Source: Nannocystales bacterium (GTDB taxonomy: Bacteria; Myxococcota_A; Polyangia; Nannocystales; Nannocystaceae). From it: a stretch of DNA of 64,000 nt. Below, in pieces: positions 39,036 to 47,752 of this stretch. Every line of letters begins with the position of its first letter. Within the stretch, counting starts at the first letter, position 1. The notes beneath the pieces are model-generated. The model made no database searches and was not told the origin of the DNA. It was given only the letters and a program-made list of their open reading frames with translations. Location of the stretch: NCBI GenBank assembly GCA_050633305.1, contig JBOEGF010000007.1, positions 32,001 to 96,000 on the forward strand. Reading direction: 5' to 3'. Both the position numbers and the translations under genes were made by a program.

Positions 39036-40696
39036 TGCACGAAGTGGAGGAGCCCGCGCTTCGGCCGGCCGTGAACCCGCCCGACGAGGCGGCGCTGGAG
39101 CTGACCCGCCTTCGACGGCATGTCCGAGCCCAGGTCTTTGGTGGTTCCGAAGAGGCCACTCGCATCGGCCGGTTTCGACTGCTCGAATGCATCGGCCGTG
39201 GTGGCATGGGGGTCGTGTGGTCAGCCCGGGACGAAGAGCTCGACCGAACGGTCGCCATCAAGCTGCTCCGGCCCGAGTTCTCGGGTCGCGATGTGACGGC
39301 GGAGGCTCGGGCGCTTGCCCGGCTGTCGCACCCGAACGTGGTGTCGGTGTTCGATATCGGGGTGCACGGCGAGCAGAGGTTCATCGCGATGGAATTCGTC
39401 CGCGGCCAGACGCTTCGTGCTTGGCAGCAGGCTTCCCGCGGCATCCCAGAGGTGGTCGCGCAGTTCATCCAGGCGGGCAGGGGGCTGGCCGCCGCGCATG
39501 CCGTGGGTCTGGTGCACCGCGACTTCAAGCCCGATAACGTGCTCGTGGGAGACGACGGACGCCCGCGTGTCCTCGACTTCGGACTCGCGCGGTCTCCGGA
39601 TGTTCACGGCGGTCCGATGCCCGTCCTGGAGCCGGGGACCGACCCGTTCTCCACGACCATGACCCACGCCGGACTGCTGATCGGGACGCCCGCATACATG
39701 GCGCCGGAACAGCATCTTGGCGAGCCAGCAGGGGCGCAAAGCGACCAGTTCGCGTTCGGCGTTTCGCTGTTCGAGGCCATCGTGGGCCGGCTTCCGTTTC
39801 CGGCGGATGACCTCCGTACGTTGTCGCTCAGTGTCGTGCGCGGACGCTTCGACCCTCCGCCGCCGCACACCGTCCCGGCCGGAGTCATGGCCGTGATCGA
39901 GCGGGCGCTGCAGGTCGAGCCCGAAGCTCGCTACCCGTCGGTGGAGGACCTTTTGACCGCGCTCGAGAACACCGAGTCCGACGCGACGCGGTTCGACACC
40001 CGGGGCGCGGACGCCGTCCTCAGCCGTGCCGCATCCTTGGCGGCGGCCGATTCCGGTCGACGCGGTCTGAGCGTCACCGAGTTGGAAGAGGTGGCTGCCG
40101 AAGCGGGCATCGAGCCTCGGTTCGCCCGCCTTGCAGCCGCAGAGGCGATTGCCCGTCCGGAGGTTCGTCCCGCCGTGACTCCCCCAGCCGAGGCGACATC
40201 ACCGCTCGACACGGCGGTCCCCACCGTGCGCGCCCGGCTGCCGCGTCTCCCACCCAGAGTGGTGGAGGTTCTCGTGGCGGAGATGGACCGGCGAGCAGGT
40301 CCGGGCAAGACGCGAGCATTGGGGGCCAGCACCGTGTGGGAGAGCCGCCGTGTGGAGATGCATCTCGATCCGACCGCCGAGGACACGCGGCTCGTGCTAA
40401 CGCGGAAGCCGGGGTTGCTCACGTGGACCCGACCGGTTCGGTACGCCGCGGTCGCCCTGGCGGTCGTTGTTTCGACGGTCGCCCCGCTGACCATCGAGCT
40501 CTTCGAGGACTTCGAAGGGCTCGTCGCGACGATCATCCTGTGCTCGATGATCTGGGGCGTGTTGATGGGGCGGAAGTTTGCGCGGCGTAGGGATGGGGTG
40601 CTCCACGAACGCAAGGTCGCGGAGCTCCAGCGCTCGGCAGCGCGCCTGCAGGTGTTGGCGGAGTCGAACCTGACCGGGCCTCCGCTCGACGGTTGA
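39035..40696 (+). CDS. Ser/Thr protein kinase with two C-terminal TM helices
   Basis: IGRGGMG, VAIK, HRDFKPDN, DFG, GTPAYMAPE; TGATG coupling to the ECF gene. Confidence 0.92.
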   Translation: MHEVEEPALRPAVNPPDEAALELTRLRRHVRAQVFGGSEEATRIGRFRLLECIGRGGMGVVWSARDEELDRTVAIKLLRPEFSGRDVTAEARALARLSHPNVVSVFDIGVHGEQRFIAMEFVRGQTLRAWQQASRGIPEVVAQFIQAGRGLAAAHAVGLVHRDFKPDNVLVGDDGRPRVLDFGLARSPDVHGGPMPVLEPGTDPFSTTMTHAGLLIGTPAYMAPEQHLGEPAGAQSDQFAFGVSLFEAIVGRLPFPADDLRTLSLSVVRGRFDPPPPHTVPAGVMAVIERALQVEPEARYPSVEDLLTALENTESDATRFDTRGADAVLSRAASLAAADSGRRGLSVTELEEVAAEAGIEPRFARLAAAEAIARPEVRPAVTPPAEATSPLDTAVPTVRARLPRLPPRVVEVLVAEMDRRAGPGKTRALGASTVWESRRVEMHLDPTAEDTRLVLTRKPGLLTWTRPVRYAAVALAVVVSTVAPLTIELFEDFEGLVATIILCSMIWGVLMGRKFARRRDGVLHERKVAELQRSAARLQVLAESNLTGPPLDG

Positions 40697-40727
40697 GCCA
40701 CGTGGCCCACACGCACGGCCGAGTGGC

Positions 40728-41903
40728 TCAGCTGCTGGCTTCGCCCGTGCCTGTGGACGGTCCCGCACCACGAGGGGCGCGCCGTCGTCGTCTGCGTCGC
40801 TTCTTCGCCGGGGCTTCCGAACCGGATCCGGCGGCGGCCTGCGGGTTTGGGTCTTTCACGGGGCCGCCTCCTGCAGGCTTGCGGCCTCGGCTGCGCCTAC
40901 GCTTCTTGGCTGGGTTCGCCGGCTCGGGTGCGGGCGCCGCCGGTGCGGCGGCGTGCAGGAGTCGAGTGCGTCCATCCCCTGAGCGGACGAGGACTTCGAC
41001 CTGGGGCTCAAACCCACGCTTGTCCTTGCGTTGGTCCTTGCGACCTCGGCGGCCGCGGGCCCTGGCAGGACGCGAAGCTTCGGTGCGGCGATCCGCGTCT
41101 CGCTTGGCGTCGCCGACGAGTTTCAGCACGCCTTTGGTGTCCGCCTTGCGTCGTCGGTCGCGGTACTGGCCGCGGAGAACCGTCTCGGGGGTGAGCTCGT
41201 TGCGCTCGAACAAGTCCCACATCTCTTGCGCGTACGGAGCGTTCGCGTGGGGAACCGAGCGGCTGAGAAAGCGATGCAGGTTGTCGACGTCGCGGATCAA
41301 CAGCTTGCGCGCCGTCGAGCTGCTCACGGGGTCGACGGCTTGGGGGAAGTCGATCACGACGGGACCCTCTGCGCCCATCAACACGTTGAAATCCGAGAGG
41401 TCGCCATGCACGACCCCTGCGCACAGCATGCGCACGACCTCTTGGATCAGCTGGTCGTAGACCTCGCGCGCGACCTCCGGCGAGAAAGTTAGATCACCCA
41501 GGCGGGGCGCCGGAAGCTCGTCCTCGTCGATGACCAGGTCCATCACCAGGACCCCCTCCATGAAGTTGTACGGCGCCGGCACGCGGACACCTGCGTCGCG
41601 AAGCCGATAGATCACATCAACCTCGGCGTTGCGCCAGGCGGCCTCGTCTTCCGCACGACCGTGACGGGTGCGCTTGTTCATCGCGCGGCGGTCCCGACTG
41701 TTGCGGACGTTGCGACCGTCGGTGTAGTCGGTGCGCTTCTGGAAGCTGCGCAGCGTGGAGTCTTTGTAGACCTTCGCGACCCGTTCCTGGCCCCCGGCCA
41801 CGACGATGTACACTTGGGCTTCCTTCCCACTCATCAACGGGCGCACCACCTCTTCGATGATGCCCATGTCCATGAGGGGTTCGAGGGCTGTTGGCACGCG
41901 CAT
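40728..41903 (-). CDS. RIO1-like protein kinase (PA4780 family) with Arg-rich tail
   Basis: SGKEA, VAKVY, HGDLSDFN, IDFPQAV. Confidence 0.92.
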   Translation of the reverse strand: MRVPTALEPLMDMGIIEEVVRPLMSGKEAQVYIVVAGGQERVAKVYKDSTLRSFQKRTDYTDGRNVRNSRDRRAMNKRTRHGRAEDEAAWRNAEVDVIYRLRDAGVRVPAPYNFMEGVLVMDLVIDEDELPAPRLGDLTFSPEVAREVYDQLIQEVVRMLCAGVVHGDLSDFNVLMGAEGPVVIDFPQAVDPVSSSTARKLLIRDVDNLHRFLSRSVPHANAPYAQEMWDLFERNELTPETVLRGQYRDRRRKADTKGVLKLVGDAKRDADRRTEASRPARARGRRGRKDQRKDKRGFEPQVEVLVRSGDGRTRLLHAAAPAAPAPEPANPAKKRRRSRGRKPAGGGPVKDPNPQAAAGSGSEAPAKKRRRRRRRAPRGAGPSTGTGEASS

Positions 41904-42057
41904 TAGGGCTCGAACGACGTGGGTAACACGGAATTCGCCGTCTTGTATTGCCCTTTGATTCCAGCTGCTTATGGGGTGATGTGAATTGGGGGGCGGCGCC
42001 CTCGGACACGGATGCGGGCCGGCGTGAGGCGCGGAGGGGCCCCGTGAACACGCCGCC

Positions 42058-43026
42058 TCAGCAGACCGTCACCTCGGGATTCATCGAGCAGTCGTAGTCG
42101 TCGCAGTCGACGAAGCCGTCAGCGTCGTTGTCGAGGCCGTCGACGCAGGCCGAGTTCGTGGACTCGGCGTTGGGTGAGGTCCCGTTGCAGACGGTGACCC
42201 CCGGGGACGAACAGTCGAAGTCGTCGCAGTCGATGAAGCCGTCAGCGTCGTTGTCGCCACCGTCCGAACATGCCGCGTCGGTGTTCTCGGCCCCGGGCAT
42301 CGGGGCTTCTGTGCACGCCGACACATCGCTGTTCATCGAACAGTCGAAGTCGTCACAGTCGGTGAACCCATTGCCATCATTGTCGATGCCGTCGCTGCAC
42401 AGGGCGTCGGTGTTCTCCACCATGCCTTCGCAGACCGTCACGTTTTCAGCCCGTGTGCAGCTGAAGTCGTCGCAGTCGGTGAAGCCGTTGCCGTCGTTGT
42501 CGATCCCATCGCTGCATGCGAGGTCGTCGTCCTCGGTCGGGATACACAGTCCGGCCTCAATGAACACCTCCCGGAGTTCGCGGCATAGTGTCTCGCCTTG
42601 GGGATCGGTTTGGTACTCGGCGGCCGAGGTGAGGCATTCCGTGGGTTGAGCCATCTGCATGCAGCACGATCGGAGCGCCTGACACTGGGCAGTGCCGTCG
42701 GAAGCGTCTGCTCCGGAGGCGCTTGCCGGATCAGCGTCGGTCCCGTCTCCTCCACAAAAACCGAGGTCTTGCGCGCCCGAGACCGCCGCAGCACAGCCCT
42801 GTGCGGCGGCGTCATGGTCGTCGAGTTCGAGGGCGGCGTCGTAGGACCGCTCGCAGGCCTCGGCGTCGGCGAGTTCGGAGCAGCACTCCAGCAAGTCGGT
42901 GCAGGCCGCAGGAACTTGCGTTCCGTCGGGGCCGCAACCGAGCGCAGCGACAACGAGTCCGAGGGCGAACGCGGCACGGATTCGAAGCAGGGCGAGCGAG
43001 GGGAGGGGACGGCAATGCAGAGTCAT
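42058..43026 (-). CDS. Cys/Asp-rich repeat lipoprotein
   Basis: ALG-C lipobox; two C-x3-L-x2-CC units; four C-x-DG-x-DND-x2-GF-x-DCDD-x2-C repeats. Confidence 0.8.
   Translation of the reverse strand: MTLHCRPLPSLALLRIRAAFALGLVVAALGCGPDGTQVPAACTDLLECCSELADAEACERSYDAALELDDHDAAAQGCAAAVSGAQDLGFCGGDGTDADPASASGADASDGTAQCQALRSCCMQMAQPTECLTSAAEYQTDPQGETLCRELREVFIEAGLCIPTEDDDLACSDGIDNDGNGFTDCDDFSCTRAENVTVCEGMVENTDALCSDGIDNDGNGFTDCDDFDCSMNSDVSACTEAPMPGAENTDAACSDGGDNDADGFIDCDDFDCSSPGVTVCNGTSPNAESTNSACVDGLDNDADGFVDCDDYDCSMNPEVTVC
42086..42533 (-). repeat. Four intragenic CSDGxDNDxxGFxDCDDxxC repeats
   Basis: Recurring cagtcgaagtcgtcgcagtcg...gccgtcgttgtcg blocks; boundaries approximate. Confidence 0.8.
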
Positions 43027-43131
43027 GGTCCAGCCACCGCGAACGTATCCCCGCCGGTGGTGGGGGCGGTATTGGCAGGATGACGGATGCCGCGTTGTGC
43101 GAACGCACGACCGGGACGTCTCGCGCGTCTG

Positions 43132-44982
43132 TTACGGCGTTGGGGGCAGGGACAGCTCGAGCACCGCGTCGGCGCGCTCTGAGAACCCCTCAGGGTCCTT
43201 GATCGGGGGGGAGCACGCATTGGCGGTGCACAGGTAGACCGCGGGCACGCCGATATCCGGATAGCGCTCTCCGGGCAGCGAGCGCTCCACATGACCGCGA
43301 GGTTCCGGGTAGGCGAGCGCAGCGTGGTGGAGGGCATCGGTCGTTGGGTCCTCCGCGGGGCCGACGACGGTGATGTCGACGCTAGGCTGCGTCAGTTCCT
43401 CGAGCGCGAGGACATAGGTCCCGATGATGCGGCCTTCGTCCTCCCGCAGCGGGGCCACGGCTTGCACCGCGCCGCTCGCCGCTTCGAGATAGGGGGTCGC
43501 TCTTGTGCCATGCACGTTCAGCGCACGATGGAGTCGGAGCAGTCCGCGTGCTGCCAAGGCATTCTCCTCGAGGGGCATGCGTCGCTCGGCCAGGATGCCG
43601 ACCGCAGCGGGGTCCGGAGTGTGGGCAAAGAACCCGCCCGTGTCGGGGTCTCGCAATGCAGCGAGCATGGCATCGGCCACCGCGGTGGCTTCCCGCACCC
43701 AAGCGTCGTCTGCGGTGGCCCGGTGCAGCGCCATCAAGGCCCACAACATCGCGGCCTGGTCGCGCAGATAACGGAGACTCTGCTCGTCGTCGGCCCCGTG
43801 GCGGAACAAGCCGCCCTCGTCCTGGTGTGTTTCGAGCAACCGGCGGGTGGTGGCCACCGCGTCGGCGAGGGCCTCGGGGTTGTTTGCGGCGATCGAGAAC
43901 TCCACGAGCCCGCGAACCATCAGGCCGTTGAGGTCGGCGTAGACGTTCGTGTCGATCCGAGGTGTTCCCAGCGCCCGGCGCTTGTCGTCGGGCATGGCGT
44001 AGTACTCGATCCCCGGCACCGCGTCGCCGTGACCGGGCCGATAGTCCGCATCCTGGCTGGTCGCGTAGCCGCCCGCGGGCGAACGCATGAACGTGTTCAT
44101 GTAGCCGCGGACTTGTTGCGCGGCATCGAGCCAGCGCGGGTCGGAGGTCACGCGGGCTCCGATGGAAAACGAAGCCAGCGCGCCCGCCTGAATCGCCGTG
44201 ATCTTCTCGTAGTGTGGGTGGTCCCAGTCGCCCCGGAGCGAGTACTGGTACATCCCGCCCCAGATCGGGTCGAGCAGCCGAGCCTGCCCGGTGAGGGTCT
44301 GGTTGGCGCGGGAGCGCCACACGGTCTCCGAGTGCAACCGATCGCGCCACAGTGCGTGTTCGAGGGGCTCGGAGAACGGATACTTCTGCTTCTGTCCCCA
44401 GCCGCCCTGGGTGGCCTCGTAGTACCGGTCGAGCTGGGCGACTGCGTCGACCCTCAGCGCTTCGAGATCGGCGGAAGCGGTGGCAACGGGCGTGGCTCGG
44501 GGTCGTGAACGGCGGCGTAGACGGCCCGCGTCGCGCTCGGCCACCAACTCGCGAAGCATGGAGGCAAACGCTTCCGGCTTCTGGAAACCGCGCAGCTCGA
44601 GGACCGGTTGGGCGGTCGGCGTCAGCACGGCCGTCGCGGGCCATCCCCAGGCTCGGTAGCGCTCCGCGATGTCCGGTCGCGCGTCCGAGTCCACCCGGAG
44701 TGTCACGAAGTGCTCGCGCAGGAGCGTTGCGACCTCGGGGTCGGCGTAGGTCTCCTCGTCCATGACATGGCACCAGTGACACCACGACGCGACGACGTTG
44801 ATCAGGATGATGCGCTCCTCGGCCTGGGCGCGCTCGAACGCCTCGGCGCTCCACGCAGTCCACTGCGTCGGTACGCGGTCAGCAGCCGCCGAAGGTGGGC
44901 TCGGGACCGGCGTGTTGGCCGTGGCGGCGCATCCGCCGAGCATCGCCGCCAAGGCGAGTGTCCTCCATCGAGCGGGTCCCAT
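43132..44982 (-). CDS. Thioredoxin-domain (YyaL/SSP411, DUF255) lipoprotein
   Basis: LGG-C lipobox; WCHWCHVM, GWP, PHYEK, AVYLC..CSPP. Confidence 0.88.
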   Translation of the reverse strand: MGPARWRTLALAAMLGGCAATANTPVPSPPSAAADRVPTQWTAWSAEAFERAQAEERIILINVVASWCHWCHVMDEETYADPEVATLLREHFVTLRVDSDARPDIAERYRAWGWPATAVLTPTAQPVLELRGFQKPEAFASMLRELVAERDAGRLRRRSRPRATPVATASADLEALRVDAVAQLDRYYEATQGGWGQKQKYPFSEPLEHALWRDRLHSETVWRSRANQTLTGQARLLDPIWGGMYQYSLRGDWDHPHYEKITAIQAGALASFSIGARVTSDPRWLDAAQQVRGYMNTFMRSPAGGYATSQDADYRPGHGDAVPGIEYYAMPDDKRRALGTPRIDTNVYADLNGLMVRGLVEFSIAANNPEALADAVATTRRLLETHQDEGGLFRHGADDEQSLRYLRDQAAMLWALMALHRATADDAWVREATAVADAMLAALRDPDTGGFFAHTPDPAAVGILAERRMPLEENALAARGLLRLHRALNVHGTRATPYLEAASGAVQAVAPLREDEGRIIGTYVLALEELTQPSVDITVVGPAEDPTTDALHHAALAYPEPRGHVERSLPGERYPDIGVPAVYLCTANACSPPIKDPEGFSERADAVLELSLPPTP

Positions 44983-45087
44983 GTGCCAAGGATACGGGGC
45001 ACTGACGCGATTGGATCGACTTCACAGCGGTCGGGGCTGTGGTGTTTCGTGCGCTCGCGCGGCTGCGCAGGTACCTTCGGCACGCAC

Positions 45088-45369
45088 ATGACCTGGGTGT
45101 TTCAGCTCGGCCTGGCCCTGTATGCGGTCAATCTCCTCGTGGGACTGGCCGCTCGCTTTGCGGGGGCCCGTTTTGGGCTGTGGCACCATGTGCTGTACGC
45201 GCTGGTTTTCGCGTCGGCGATCGCGGCTGCGATCTGGGCGTTTCACCCCGGGCTGCTGCTTACGCTCGTCGCACTCGCGGCGATCCCATGGCTTCCCACC
45301 CGGTCCGGTTGGCACCCCGCCCTCGCCACCTTTGGGTTCGCCGGCTACCTCGCTGCCGCCGCCCTTTGA
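45088..45369 (+). CDS. Small polytopic membrane protein (93 aa)
   Basis: MTWVFQLGLALYAVNLLVG...WHHVLY; ends 6 nt before the nitroreductase. Confidence 0.7.
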   Translation: MTWVFQLGLALYAVNLLVGLAARFAGARFGLWHHVLYALVFASAIAAAIWAFHPGLLLTLVALAAIPWLPTRSGWHPALATFGFAGYLAAAAL

Positions 45370-45375
45370 GCTCCT

Positions 45376-46173
45376 ATGGAATTTCGTGACGTCATCCTGC
45401 GCCGCCGAACCACCAACGGGCCCTTCGAGCCCACGCCGGTGACGCTCGAACATCAGCATCGGCTGATGGAGGCGGCGAGCCGCGCTCCGAGTCACTTCAA
45501 CTCGCAGCCGTGGCGTTTCGTCTTGATCACCGACCCGACCCTGCGCGGCACCATCTCCGAGATTGCGGGGCGCACGATGGGCGACCTCATGGGAGGCGGG
45601 CGATTCTTCACGCGCTACAAGAAGTACTTCCGGTTCTCGAAATCGGAAATGGACGAAAAGCGGGACGGCATCTTCATCGACCAGCTTCCCGGTCCGCTCA
45701 AGCCGTTCATCAAGCAGGTCTTCACGCCACTGGGCGCAAAGTTGATGAACAAGCTTGGGGTGGCCAAGACCCTTGGCAAGGACAACGCCAAGCTCGTGGC
45801 CGGCTCTCCTTTGCTACTTGCGGCGATGCTCACCAAGGAGGAGTACAAGAAGGAAGAACTCAGCGGGTTCTACAGCCTGCTGGGGCTCGGCATGGCGATC
45901 GAGAACATCTGGCTGACCACGGTGGACTTGGGGATGGGCATTCAGTTCGTATCGACTCCGATGGAGTTCCCCGAGGCTTGGGCTGAGATCGGGGACCTGC
46001 TTCACGTGCCCGACGACCTCGAGCTGATCGCCGTCTATCGCCTCGGCTACGTCAAGGAGGACGCCAAGCGACCGTCGATCGACTGGACCAGCCGACACCG
46101 CAAGCGGTTGGACCAGTATGTGTTCCGCGACACGTGCCGCACGCCCGAACCAGACCCCGAGGCTTCCGAGTGA
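45376..46173 (+). CDS. Nitroreductase family protein
   Basis: [27 protein letters not shown]. Confidence 0.9.
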   Translation: MEFRDVILRRRTTNGPFEPTPVTLEHQHRLMEAASRAPSHFNSQPWRFVLITDPTLRGTISEIAGRTMGDLMGGGRFFTRYKKYFRFSKSEMDEKRDGIFIDQLPGPLKPFIKQVFTPLGAKLMNKLGVAKTLGKDNAKLVAGSPLLLAAMLTKEEYKKEELSGFYSLLGLGMAIENIWLTTVDLGMGIQFVSTPMEFPEAWAEIGDLLHVPDDLELIAVYRLGYVKEDAKRPSIDWTSRHRKRLDQYVFRDTCRTPEPDPEASE

Positions 46174-47216
46174 GTGCTCGGGTACTCTCGGTGGGGACCG
46201 CGTGCCCGTCCCATACCGTGACGCAGGAGGAGTCCAAGGCGTTTGCGGCCAACTTCTTCGCAGGGAGTTTGCCCGCACTCGCTCGGCTGTTGCCTGCGTT
46301 TGACAACACGCGCATCGAGCAGCGGCACCTCGTGCGACCCGTGTCCTGGTACGCGCAACCCCACACGTTTGCGGAGAAAAATGCCGTCTACTGCGAGGCT
46401 GCGCTCGAACTCTCCACACGGGCCGCCGAGAAGGCGTTGGACCGGGCCTGCGTTGCGCCGGGTGATGTGGACTCGGTCGTGTTTGTCTCGAGCACGGGCA
46501 TTCGGACGCCTTCCCTCGATGGCGCCCTGATCGAGCGGCTCGGCTTGCCCAGGTCCGCGGTTCGATTGCCCGTGTGGGGCCTGGGATGCGCGGGCGGAGC
46601 CGCCGGTGTGGCTCGGGCGGCCGACCTCGTCGTCGCCCGCCGCAAGCCGGTGTTGCTGGTCGCGACGGAAGTCTGCTCCGCCACGTTCGTCCACGGCGAC
46701 CGCACTCGCGCGAACCTGATCGCAACCGCGTTGTTCGGTGATGGGGCCGCGGCTGCTGTCTTGGGCCCACAGGAGGGCGGGCTTCAAGTTACGGGCAGTG
46801 TGTCGCGTCTGCTCGAAGACTCCGAAGACGTGATGGGGTGGAGCGTGGTGAACGAGGGTCTGCGCGTCCGCTTCGCGCGGAGCATTCCGGGGATCGTACG
46901 CGCCGTCGTGCCGCAGCTTCGCGAGCAGGCCGCGAGCACGGTGGGGTTGGGGCCCGAGGCATTCCATCGCTTCGTCCTGCACCCCGGGGGGGCGAAGGTG
47001 CTGGAGGCCTACGAAGAGGCGCTCTGCGTGGATACGCACGCGCTTCACGACGCGTACGACGTCCTGCGCACCTGCGGGAACATGTCCTCCCCGACGGTGC
47101 TCTTCGTCCTCGAGCGTCTCCTTCACAACCTTCCGAACACCGCGGGGACCGGCCTCATGTTGGGACTCGGTCCCGGATTCTCTGCGGAGGGCGTGGTGCT
47201 GCAGTGGACTCCGTAG
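46170..47216 (+). CDS. Type III polyketide synthase (BpsA/SrsA-like)
   Basis: GLGCAGG (Cys), LFGDG, HPGG (His), GNMSS (Asn), GPGF. Confidence 0.93.
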   Translation: MSARVLSVGTACPSHTVTQEESKAFAANFFAGSLPALARLLPAFDNTRIEQRHLVRPVSWYAQPHTFAEKNAVYCEAALELSTRAAEKALDRACVAPGDVDSVVFVSSTGIRTPSLDGALIERLGLPRSAVRLPVWGLGCAGGAAGVARAADLVVARRKPVLLVATEVCSATFVHGDRTRANLIATALFGDGAAAAVLGPQEGGLQVTGSVSRLLEDSEDVMGWSVVNEGLRVRFARSIPGIVRAVVPQLREQAASTVGLGPEAFHRFVLHPGGAKVLEAYEEALCVDTHALHDAYDVLRTCGNMSSPTVLFVLERLLHNLPNTAGTGLMLGLGPGFSAEGVVLQWTP

Positions 47217-47752
47217 AGGTCCTCCTTCTCGTGTTGCTTGCGGTGTTGCTCGTGCAACGCATGCTCGAGCTACGGGTCGCGAAGCGAAACGAGGCGTGGG
47301 CGCGGGACCAGGGAGCGACGGAGTTTGGCGCTGGCCACTACCCGTTGTTTTTCGTGCTGCACGGCGGGTGGATGGTGGGCTGGCTCATGGAGGGCTGGAG
47401 CTCAGCGACGCTCCCTGAGCTGTGGTGGGCGTGGGTGGGGGTCTTCGGCCTGGCACAGGGCCTCCGGTATTGGGCCATCGGGACCTTGGGTCGGAGGTGG
47501 AACACGCGGGTGTTGGTGCTCGCCGGGCGCGCACCGATCGCTCGCGGTCCCTACAGGTTCTTGCCACACCCCAACTACCTCGCGGTCGCGCTCGAGTTGG
47601 CTGCAGTTCCGCTGGCCGTCGGGGCATCTTGGACGGCCGTCGTAGCCACGTTTCTCAATGCGGCCCTGTTGCTTGGGATCCGGATCCCGTGTGAGGTGCG
47701 GGCGCTTCGCTGGGCCACCGAGGCCACACCAGCAGCGCCGGAAGAAGCGTGA
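47204..47752 (+). CDS. ICMT-family methyltransferase (BpsB/SrsB-like)
   Basis: QRMLEL, GA.EFG..HY, LRYW.I.TLG..WNTR, GPYR, HPNY. Confidence 0.9.
   Translation: MDSVEVLLLVLLAVLLVQRMLELRVAKRNEAWARDQGATEFGAGHYPLFFVLHGGWMVGWLMEGWSSATLPELWWAWVGVFGLAQGLRYWAIGTLGRRWNTRVLVLAGRAPIARGPYRFLPHPNYLAVALELAAVPLAVGASWTAVVATFLNAALLLGIRIPCEVRALRWATEATPAAPEEA

Noticed and set aside
42086..42533. Spaced direct repeats resembling a CRISPR array
   Set aside because: In-frame protein repeats with codon-level variation; no cas genes.
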